Shown in pieces: positions 9,009 through 16,838 of a stretch of 64,000 nt of DNA. The position numbers and the translations under genes are program-made. This stretch comes from Rhodothermales bacterium. Lineage in GTDB: Bacteria > Bacteroidota > Rhodothermia > Rhodothermales > JABDKH01. Where the stretch lies: positions 664 through 64,663 of the forward strand of contig JABDKH010000200.1 in the NCBI GenBank assembly GCA_013002345.1, in the 5' to 3' direction. Under the pieces are notes generated by a model. That model made no database searches. It worked only from the letters and a program-made list of their open reading frames with translations, and was not told the origin of the DNA. Every line of letters starts with the position of its first letter. Positions within the stretch are counted from its first letter, which is position 1.

Positions 9009-9674
9009 ATGGAACCAGCATTTATCGGACATCATCGTCGGACGGGATGGATTGAGGTCGTGTGCGGATCCATGTTCAGCGGAAAGACGGAAGAGTTGAT
9101 CCGTCGGCTCAAGCGAGCCCGTTTTGCCCGTCAGAACGTGGAAATCTACAAGCCGGCTGTTGATTCGAGGTATAGCGTCTCCGAAGTCATCTCACACGAC
9201 GAGAATTCGATTCCGTCGGAGGTGGTCGACAGTGCGGGACAGATTCTGTTGATGGTGGGAAAGGCGGATGTCGTAGGTATCGACGAGGCGCAGTTCTTCG
9301 ACGAGGATCTGGTGGATGTGTGCCAGACACTGGCTCAGGATGGGCGGCGCGTTATTGTGGCAGGACTTGACCAGGATTACCTGAGGCGCCCATTTGAACC
9401 CATGCCGCAGGTGATGGCGATTGCGGAGTATGTGACGAAGCTCCACGCCGTTTGCGTGATATGCGGCTCACCGGCAAACCATTCGCAGCGAATTGTCGCT
9501 GGACGGTCCCGTGTTCTCCTCGGCGCCACCGACGTGTACGAGCCGCGCTGTCGGGACTGCTACGACCCGGAGCTTTCGGGAAGAATGAGTGATTCCGCCC
9601 TCGCGCCCGAGGCGGCTGCAGGGGACTCAGAGGTGCCGACGCCTTCGACGACGCCGGAGCCCGTAGAACGTTAG
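9009..9674 (+). CDS. tdk: thymidine kinase
   Basis: 221 aa. P-loop [21 protein letters not shown], zinc ribbon CVICG...CRDC, plus an acidic/Pro-rich tail. Confidence 0.93.
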   Translation: MEPAFIGHHRRTGWIEVVCGSMFSGKTEELIRRLKRARFARQNVEIYKPAVDSRYSVSEVISHDENSIPSEVVDSAGQILLMVGKADVVGIDEAQFFDEDLVDVCQTLAQDGRRVIVAGLDQDYLRRPFEPMPQVMAIAEYVTKLHAVCVICGSPANHSQRIVAGRSRVLLGATDVYEPRCRDCYDPELSGRMSDSALAPEAAAGDSEVPTPSTTPEPVER

Positions 9675-9812
9675 TTGACCCGTTTCGGGCGTGGGATCCA
9701 ACCCCAGGCCGACGGGTTCTGCTGGTTGCGTGAGACGAATTCTCCCGCTATGTTCAAAGAGCACATGGGCGACCGGATTCAATACTACAATACCTGCCAT
9801 TCCCGGGGCTGA

Positions 9813-11831
9813 ATGTCCGATACCAAGTACCTCGTTGCCGCTCGAAAGTACCGTCCACAGCGCTTCGATGAGGTCGTCGCTCAGGAGCATGTCTGCGACA
9901 CCGTCAAGAACGCGATCGCACAGAACCGACTGGGACACGCATACCTGTTCAGTGGACCGCGCGGTGTAGGCAAGACCACCGTCGCGCGCATTCTGGCGAA
10001 ATCGATCAATTGCACGGCACCGGCGGATGAGCGGGACGGCTCCGAGCCGTGTCTGAAGTGCGAATCCTGTCTGTCGTTCGCTGAGGGCCGCAACCTCAAT
10101 GTGATCGAGATCGATGCGGCCTCGAATAACAAAGTGGACGACGTCCGTGAGCTGCGTGACACTGTCAGAATCCCGCCGCAGGGGGGTCTGAAAAAAGTGT
10201 ACATCGTGGACGAGGTCCACATGCTCACATCTCAGGCCTTTAACGCACTGTTGAAGACGCTGGAGGAACCGCCGCCCTACGTCCTGTTTATTTTCGCGAC
10301 GACCGAACCCAACAAAGTTCTTCCCACAATCCTCTCTCGATGCCAGCGATTTGATTTCCGTCGAATAGCAGTGCCCGAAATCGTCGAGCGCCTGGAGCAG
10401 ATTTGCCAGGAGGAGTCGATCACCGCCGACGAGGCCTCACTGCTGCTCATTGCTCGTAAGGGAGACGGTGCCCTGCGCGACGCGCTTTCCGTATTCGATC
10501 AGGCGGTGGCACTGTGCGGCGAAAATGTCACATACGATGTGCTCGCCGAGGCGTTGGGCGTCGTGGACATTGAACTGTTCTTTGAACTGACAAACTATGT
10601 GCACGAAAAGAACCCGGCTGGAGTGCTGAACCTCGTGCAGGGAATCGTCGCTTCAGGATTCGACTTTCGAGAATTTCTGACCGGCCTTGCCGAGCACCTG
10701 CGCAACCTGTTCGTCGCTGTCACGATGTCCGACACGCGTCTCATCGAAACGGCTGCTGCGACACGGGAACGCTACGCGGTTGAGGCAGGCAACTTCAATC
10801 GTTCAATGCTGCTTCGACTTCTCACCATTGCGTCAGACACGGACGGGGCGATTCGTAACAGCACCCGACCGCGACTGCAGCTTGAACTGGGTCTGTTGAA
10901 AATGACGGCCATGGCGGACAGCATTGACCTGAGGCAGGTCATCCAGAAGATCGACCAGATTCAGGGGACACCGGCAGCTCCGGTCACCGGACAAGAGCCA
11001 GCGACGCCCACCGTCCACAAGTCGACGACACGACCGACGACGAAAGCTCCAGCGAGAAAGTCCGCCGCGAAGGCGGCTTCCGTATCCAGCCCACTGCCGG
11101 ACACCGGTAAGGACGGTACCCCCGAGTCCCCGGCACCGGCTGAGCCCCCAGCGGAAAAGCCAGCGGCCAGGACCGCGAAGACACCAGCCCCCGAGCAAAA
11201 CACGACTCCTCTAATTCAGCCGGCAGTGGCACCGGTAGAGGAACAGGAAACGGCACTGCCGGCCAGGCCGCTCAAGCCCGCGCCCGTGGAACCGACCGAC
11301 GCGCCGCCCGCCGAATCGTCGAAGCCAAAGACATCCAGCGCGCCAGGATTCTTCGACCCGCCCGCTTTGTCGCGCCATACTTCGGCACCGAAGAAAAACG
11401 GCGGCACAATCGAAGGTTCGGCAGCTCGCTCGACAACGCCGCTCGCCCCAATTGCCATGGGCGATGCACAGAAAGTTTCTGAGTGGCTCCCCTTCGTGAT
11501 GGCGGTGAAGTCAGACCGGATCCACGTGGGATCACTCCTGCAACACGCGGCACCCCGAGACATGTCGGACGGTCACATCGAAATTGACGTCCCGGACGAC
11601 TTTCACAAAAGGCTCCTGGAGAACCAGCAAGACTTCCTTCTGAAGCATGCCAGAGGCATCATCGCTGACAGCGTTCAGTCGCTCCGCTTCAGCGTCCAGG
11701 CCAGCGTTAAGCCTCCATCGGGAGAAACCGCCAGTGATTTCGACCCGTACGAGTACATGCAGCAGAAGAGAAAAGACAACCCGGTAATACGAGCCATCTT
11801 CGATGAGTTCGGCGGCGAACTGGTCTGGTAG
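9813..11831 (+). CDS. dnaX: DNA polymerase III subunit gamma/tau
   Basis: 672 aa. Walker A GPRGVGKTT, zinc module CLKCESC, Walker B VYIVDEVHML, SRCQRFDF, Pro/Ala/Lys-rich linker, tau C-terminal domain. It is followed by ybaB-recR. Confidence 0.95.
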   Translation: MSDTKYLVAARKYRPQRFDEVVAQEHVCDTVKNAIAQNRLGHAYLFSGPRGVGKTTVARILAKSINCTAPADERDGSEPCLKCESCLSFAEGRNLNVIEIDAASNNKVDDVRELRDTVRIPPQGGLKKVYIVDEVHMLTSQAFNALLKTLEEPPPYVLFIFATTEPNKVLPTILSRCQRFDFRRIAVPEIVERLEQICQEESITADEASLLLIARKGDGALRDALSVFDQAVALCGENVTYDVLAEALGVVDIELFFELTNYVHEKNPAGVLNLVQGIVASGFDFREFLTGLAEHLRNLFVAVTMSDTRLIETAAATRERYAVEAGNFNRSMLLRLLTIASDTDGAIRNSTRPRLQLELGLLKMTAMADSIDLRQVIQKIDQIQGTPAAPVTGQEPATPTVHKSTTRPTTKAPARKSAAKAASVSSPLPDTGKDGTPESPAPAEPPAEKPAARTAKTPAPEQNTTPLIQPAVAPVEEQETALPARPLKPAPVEPTDAPPAESSKPKTSSAPGFFDPPALSRHTSAPKKNGGTIEGSAARSTTPLAPIAMGDAQKVSEWLPFVMAVKSDRIHVGSLLQHAAPRDMSDGHIEIDVPDDFHKRLLENQQDFLLKHARGIIADSVQSLRFSVQASVKPPSGETASDFDPYEYMQQKRKDNPVIRAIFDEFGGELVW

Positions 11832-11875
11832 GAACGAAGGACCGGGGCGAACGCTACCGAATACCAACAACCGCG

Positions 11876-12214
11876 ATGAATCAAGATTTCAACATGGCCG
11901 ATATGTTCGGCAAGATGATGGAGATGCAACAGAAGATCTCCGAAGCACAGGAGGAGCTCGGCAAGAAGTCGGCGACAGTCGAGGCGGGCGGCGGAATGGT
12001 TCGCGTTACGGCCAACGGCCTGCAGCGGGTAGTCTCGATCAAGATCGAGCCGGATGCGGTAGACCCGAACGATCTTGAGCTATTGGAAGACCTGGTCGTT
12101 GCCGGCGTGAACAAGGCGCTCGAGGAAGCCGCCGCTCTGGCCAAGACCGAGATGGGGAAAGCTGCCGGCGGCATGTTACCCCCAGGCTTCGATCTGAGTC
12201 AGCTCGGTCTCTAG
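11876..12214 (+). CDS. ybaB: nucleoid-associated protein YbaB/EbfC
   Basis: 112 aa. The pattern MMEMQQKISEAQEEL...VEAGGGMVRVTANG is typical of the family, and its position between dnaX and recR is conserved. Confidence 0.92.
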   Translation: MNQDFNMADMFGKMMEMQQKISEAQEELGKKSATVEAGGGMVRVTANGLQRVVSIKIEPDAVDPNDLELLEDLVVAGVNKALEEAAALAKTEMGKAAGGMLPPGFDLSQLGL

Positions 12215-12229
12215 GCGATCGGCGAATCT

Positions 12230-12874
12230 ATGGCCTTTACTTCTGAATCCGTCGAAGCACTTGTTGATCAACTCAGCAAGCTTCCAACGATCGGTCGCAA
12301 GACTGCGCAGCGCCTGGCCGCCTACATCCTCAAGATGTCGAGGGAGGACGTCGTCCAGATTGCGGAGGCCCTCGTCACCGTCAAGGATCGTGTCCGATTC
12401 TGCAGTATCTGTTTTAATGCGACTGACCACGAACCGTGCGCCATCTGCGAGTCCCCCAAGCGCGACCACTCGGTCATTTGCGTAGTCGAGGAAGCCAGCG
12501 ACGTGAGCGCTCTGGAGCGCACCAATGAGTTTCGCGGCGTCTACCACGTGCTGGGCGGCGCCATCTCGCCGCTGGATGGAATCGGACCGGAGGATCTGCG
12601 CATTCGCGAACTGGTTGGCCGTGTTCAGGACTTCGCTACTTCAGCCCATTCGAGCGACTCGGCCACGTCGAGCCTTGAAGTCATCCTGGCGATGAATCCG
12701 AATGTCGAGGGTGACACTACCGCGTACTATCTATCTCAACTGGTCAAGCCTCTCGGAGCGAGAGTCACTCGCATTGCGCGCGGTCTACCGATCGGTGGTG
12801 ACCTCGAGTATGCCGACGAAGCAACCCTGTCGCGCGCGATGGAAGACAGGCTGACCATGGACACCGACGCCTGA
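12230..12874 (+). CDS. recR: recombination protein RecR
   Basis: 214 aa. N-terminal [13 protein letters not shown] helix-hairpin-helix, Cys4 finger [16 protein letters not shown], Toprim region VCVVEEASD. Confidence 0.94.
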   Translation: MAFTSESVEALVDQLSKLPTIGRKTAQRLAAYILKMSREDVVQIAEALVTVKDRVRFCSICFNATDHEPCAICESPKRDHSVICVVEEASDVSALERTNEFRGVYHVLGGAISPLDGIGPEDLRIRELVGRVQDFATSAHSSDSATSSLEVILAMNPNVEGDTTAYYLSQLVKPLGARVTRIARGLPIGGDLEYADEATLSRAMEDRLTMDTDA

Positions 12875-12897
12875 GTCGCGAAAGTACGATCCCCATC

Positions 12898-14574
12898 ATG
12901 TTCTTAGTCGGGCGCAGAACATCGATCGTCCTGTTCGTGTTCGTTCTGGCGGTTCTCGCCGGGTATGTCTTCTGGCCTGCACTTGAGGTGTTTAGTCAGG
13001 GTCTCCGGCCTTCGCTGATCGGGAAAATCTTCTCGTCCTGGCGTTCGGCCAATGTCAGGGCTCTCGTAAACTCGGTCGCGATCTCGGTCTACTCGGTCGC
13101 GGGTGCAGGCGTAGTTGGCACTTTTCTGGCCTACCTGTTCTACCGATTCGACTTTCCGCTACGTCGCTTCATGATGGGCGTCGCCGTCCTTCCTCTTGCT
13201 CTCCCCCCTCTCGTTGGCGTCCTGGCGTTCCTCTTTCTCTATGGTGAAAGCGGGATTTTGCCACGTACCGTACAGCTGCTTCTGGGTCTCGACGCCGTCC
13301 CATTCTCATTCGACGGCCTCTGGGCCGTATGGCTTGTACATGTCTACACCATGTACGTCTACTTTTATCTGTTCGTGGCTTCCGCGTTGCGGAGCATCGA
13401 TGGAGGATTACTTGAGGCGTCGGCCGATCTCGGCGCGCACGGATTCAGGACCTTTGTGCGCGTCATTCTTCCTCAGTTGCGGCCATCTCTGATCGGCGCC
13501 TCGCTGCTCGTATTCATGATCTCCATGGCCTCGTTTACGGCCCCCCTTCTCTTCGCAGGTAACGATCCGTTCCTGACGCTGCAGATCTTCAACTACAAGA
13601 CGAACGGCAATCTCGACCTTTCCGCCGCAGTCTCCTGTGTCCTGACCATCATTTGTCTGATCTTCCTCCTGGCAATCGAGCTGGGCGGCCGAAAGAAACT
13701 CCACCGTACGGCGTCGAAGGGAGTGGCGTCGAAACCCACGCCTGTCGGAAAAGGCCTCACAAGGATATTTCTCATGTCAGGTGTGGCCCTGTTCCTGACC
13801 CTCATTCTGCTTCCGATCGCGACCATCGTACTGATCTCGCTCGCCGAAACGGGAAGCTGGACCCTTCAGGTCATACCCGAGCGCTACACGTTCGAGAATT
13901 ATGCGAAGCTGTTCTCTGAACCGCAGATCTTGAAGCCGATTCTCAACAGCCTGAGGATGGCCGGTGTCGCGACCGCTGCCAACATCGTGTTCGGTGTGGC
14001 TGCCGGCCTGCTGATCTCCAAGGTCCGACTCAGGGGAACGACCCTGCTCCGAATTCTGACGGCCCTCCCGTTCGCCATCCCGGGAACAGTCATTGCCGTG
14101 AACCTGATACTTACGTTCAATACCCCCTCTCCTCTGTCTGCCGGTCAGGTGCTCGTGGGCACGTTCTGGATTCTACCGTTGGCCTATTTCATACGAAACA
14201 TCCCGCTCATCGTACGCGCAACCACGGCCGCGCTGGATGGTATGGACGACTCGCTGGTTGAGGCATCGGCGGATCTGGGCGCCCGGCCGCGAATGACATT
14301 CCGGCGGGTTGTGCTTCCTCTGATCCTGCCGGGTGTTCTCGCAGGAACGCTACTCACGTTCGTTGCCGCCCTGGGCGAGTTCGTCTCGTCCATCATGCTC
14401 TATGTATACTCGAACAGGCCGATCAGTGTCGAAATTCTCGCTCAGCTTCGGCTGTTTGATTTCGGCTCCGCCGCTGCGTACAGCGTACTTCTGATGATCA
14501 TGGTTGTGATCGCGTCGTTGTCGACCAGGTTGCTCAGCCGGGGAAGGAGTCAATTGGGCGAGGCATTCCTCTAG
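12898..14574 (+). CDS. fused two-domain ABC transporter permease (Fe3+/thiamine/polyamine-type binding-protein-dependent family)
   Basis: 558 aa with about 12 TM helices. There are two EAA-type loops (LLEASADLGAHGFRTFVRVILPQLRP and LVEASADLGARPRMTFRRVVLPLILP). No ATPase or binding-protein gene is adjacent. Confidence 0.85.
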   Translation: MFLVGRRTSIVLFVFVLAVLAGYVFWPALEVFSQGLRPSLIGKIFSSWRSANVRALVNSVAISVYSVAGAGVVGTFLAYLFYRFDFPLRRFMMGVAVLPLALPPLVGVLAFLFLYGESGILPRTVQLLLGLDAVPFSFDGLWAVWLVHVYTMYVYFYLFVASALRSIDGGLLEASADLGAHGFRTFVRVILPQLRPSLIGASLLVFMISMASFTAPLLFAGNDPFLTLQIFNYKTNGNLDLSAAVSCVLTIICLIFLLAIELGGRKKLHRTASKGVASKPTPVGKGLTRIFLMSGVALFLTLILLPIATIVLISLAETGSWTLQVIPERYTFENYAKLFSEPQILKPILNSLRMAGVATAANIVFGVAAGLLISKVRLRGTTLLRILTALPFAIPGTVIAVNLILTFNTPSPLSAGQVLVGTFWILPLAYFIRNIPLIVRATTAALDGMDDSLVEASADLGARPRMTFRRVVLPLILPGVLAGTLLTFVAALGEFVSSIMLYVYSNRPISVEILAQLRLFDFGSAAAYSVLLMIMVVIASLSTRLLSRGRSQLGEAFL

Positions 14575-14633
14575 CCCATCGACAGGAAGGGGCAGTATAT
14601 TTCCCAACAATTCAGGCAATTCGGACAAGATCT

Positions 14634-15842
14634 GTGAAGTTTACCATTATCGGAGCCGGTGCGATCGGGTCTCGAATCGCCGACGAGCTGGTGCGCCGCG
14701 AGGAGGTGGATGAGGTCCATGTATGTGATGCGGGCTCACGGGCGCTGAAACTCCTGCACGAAACGGTGGACAGTCCGAAGGTCCGATCGTATCAGGTTGA
14801 CGGGCGCGACGAACGGATCCTTAGGCCGATCATCCGCGGCAGCAATTGCGTGATCGGATGCGCAGATCCCGAACTGAACCCGCTGATGGCGGCGCTGAGC
14901 ATAGACGAGGGAAGCCATTTCTGCGATATGGGGGGAAGCGGTGGCATTCTGCATCAGGAGATGAGTCTCAACGACGAAGCACGAAACAGGGGCGTCTGGG
15001 TGCTGCCGAGCTGCGGCCTCGCGCCTGGACTCATCAATCTCCTATGCCTGCTCGGTGTCGAGCAGTTTGACGAGGTCGAAGCGGTTCACCTGAGGGTGGG
15101 AGACGTCCCGCTCCATCCCGAGCCGCCGTTCAATTTTCGGCTGAGCGTTTCGGCCAAGAAGTTGATCGATGATTACAGTATGCCGGCCCACCTGCTTCGC
15201 GATGGAAAGATTGTGGAGGTCGAGCCGCTATCGCACGTCGAGGACATCTACTTCCCTCCTCCTTTTGGACAGCTTGAAGCGTTTTGTACCGCCGGCACGC
15301 TCAACACGCTGGCGACCGAACTTCAGGGTCGTGTCAAAACGCTGGATCTAAAAACAGTGAGATGGCCCGGTCATGCGAGCCAGATGGAATTCCTGCTTGG
15401 CCTGGGCTTTGGTGAGAAGCGCATCATCGACGTGCGTACGCACCTGACATATAACGACGTCCTCGTTCGCCGACTGCAGCAGAAACTGGGTGGTGAACAC
15501 GAAGACGCGGTCCTTCTGCGAACGTGTATCGCCGGAAAGAAGGACGGCCAGGATAAGACGCTCGTTTATGAGATGATCGAGCGATACGATCAGGCGAATC
15601 ATGTGACTGCGATGCGCAAGTGTACGAGCATTCCGACTGCTACGATCGCCTATATGCTAGCGACAGGAACGCTTGAAGGCGGTGGCGTGGCGCCGCCGGA
15701 AACAGTTCTGCCGAAACGCGTCGTATTGGACGAACTCAATCGGATCGGGTTGACCATCGATGAAAGGTGGTACGATGGTTTTGCCGCTGCGACCGATCCG
15801 GACGGACTGAAGCACTCGATGGCTTCGGTTCAGACCCCGTAG
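14634..15842 (+). CDS. saccharopine dehydrogenase family NAD(P)-binding protein
   Basis: 402 aa, GTG start. N-terminal Rossmann IIGAGAIGSRIA. Length and C-terminal domain are typical of the saccharopine/homospermidine dehydrogenase-like family. Confidence 0.75.
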   Translation: MKFTIIGAGAIGSRIADELVRREEVDEVHVCDAGSRALKLLHETVDSPKVRSYQVDGRDERILRPIIRGSNCVIGCADPELNPLMAALSIDEGSHFCDMGGSGGILHQEMSLNDEARNRGVWVLPSCGLAPGLINLLCLLGVEQFDEVEAVHLRVGDVPLHPEPPFNFRLSVSAKKLIDDYSMPAHLLRDGKIVEVEPLSHVEDIYFPPPFGQLEAFCTAGTLNTLATELQGRVKTLDLKTVRWPGHASQMEFLLGLGFGEKRIIDVRTHLTYNDVLVRRLQQKLGGEHEDAVLLRTCIAGKKDGQDKTLVYEMIERYDQANHVTAMRKCTSIPTATIAYMLATGTLEGGGVAPPETVLPKRVVLDELNRIGLTIDERWYDGFAAATDPDGLKHSMASVQTP

Positions 15843-16531
15843 GCCCGGAGAGTTGAGCCGGACAGCGCGGCACCGTGAACGATCAAATAGGCGACAAGGT
15901 CAACGATGTCACTGGCATGTACGCCTCCGCCCTCGCCGTCGAAACGGATGGTCGACGGGGCAATAGCATGAGCGAAGATATCGCTACTGCCAAACTCGGC
16001 TGCCACGGACTCGACGAGACGAGCAACCCCGGCTTTCGCTGCTGAGTACGCAGACTGCTCCGCGACGCCGCCGTCTACACCCTGTCGCGAACTGATGCCG
16101 ACGAGCGTCCCGCGTCCTGACTTGATGAGGCGCACGGCCTCCCTGAAACAGAGGAATGTCGACGTCAGGTTGACCTGCAGCATGAGATCCCAGTCTTCCT
16201 GGGTGGTCTGCAGAAGTGGTGATGCTGACCACATCCCAACGGTATGGACAAGCGCATCAATCCGGCCAAATTCGTCCCCGATTTCCTCGAAGCACGCGAC
16301 TACACTGGACTCGACGATAAGGTCGGCACGCTTTACGGTCACGGACCCGCCGGAGACTTGCGGTACGCGACGCGCCTCGGCGTCCGATACAACCAGCGCG
16401 ACGACGTCGGCGCCGCGACCCGCAAACTCCTCGACCATACGCGCCCCGAGACGTCCGCCTCCTCCAGTAATCACGATACGCTTCGATGTAAGATCAATCC
16501 GGTCCATTCTCGATATCCTCGAATCAAACAC
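15830..16531 (-). CDS. SDR family oxidoreductase
   Basis: 233 aa. TGGGGRLG glycine motif and YSAAK catalytic motif. The start is probably the internal ATG at 16507 (MDRIDLTSKRIVITGGGG). The 3' end overlaps the convergent gene by 13 nt. Confidence 0.88.
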   Translation of the reverse strand: MFDSRISRMDRIDLTSKRIVITGGGGRLGARMVEEFAGRGADVVALVVSDAEARRVPQVSGGSVTVKRADLIVESSVVACFEEIGDEFGRIDALVHTVGMWSASPLLQTTQEDWDLMLQVNLTSTFLCFREAVRLIKSGRGTLVGISSRQGVDGGVAEQSAYSAAKAGVARLVESVAAEFGSSDIFAHAIAPSTIRFDGEGGGVHASDIVDLVAYLIVHGAALSGSTLRAYGV

Positions 16532-16838
16532 AGTATTTAGAAATATACCGTCTCGTCGACACTTGAAGGTATGCAGGTCCTGTTTTCAGGAACACGACCG
16601 GAACGATCTACCCGCCTTCGTCGTCATCAAGGTCAGTTCTAATCGTATGGCTCCGACCTCCATTCTGGTGTACATTACAACCCGGTTTCAGGCGACGAAC
16701 TGAGTCTATCAGATCCCACATTTCTCGATCAATCTGCAGCGCGTATAGGCATCTTCGGCTACGAATTCTGACAGGCGGCCCGAAATGACTTGGTAGCTCG
16801 AGTCGCCAAACCGTATCAAAAGCCAGATCGACCTGGAC

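Noticed and set aside
9675-9812. Possible SRP (4.5S) RNA gene in the 138-nt gap upstream of dnaX, where ffs/scr lies in some bacteria.
   Set aside because: Neither strand shows the conserved domain IV pattern (a GNRA tetraloop flanked by the CAGG...AGCAGC symmetric loop). The only local structure is a 4-bp cccg-ttt-cggg hairpin. A covariance-model scan would be needed to be certain.
10186-10199. An A-run (ctgaaaaaagtg) in dnaX as a candidate programmed frameshift or slippage site producing a gamma subunit.
   Set aside because: It lies at codons 125-128, just upstream of the Walker B motif. That is far upstream of the domain III/linker boundary where known gamma-generating sites occur, so a shift here would destroy the ATPase.
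10980-11400. A Pro/Ala/Lys/Thr-rich low-complexity stretch with several overlapping antisense ORFs.
   Set aside because: It is the expected flexible linker of tau between the clamp-loader domains and the C-terminal domain. The overlapping ORFs are GC-driven shadows.
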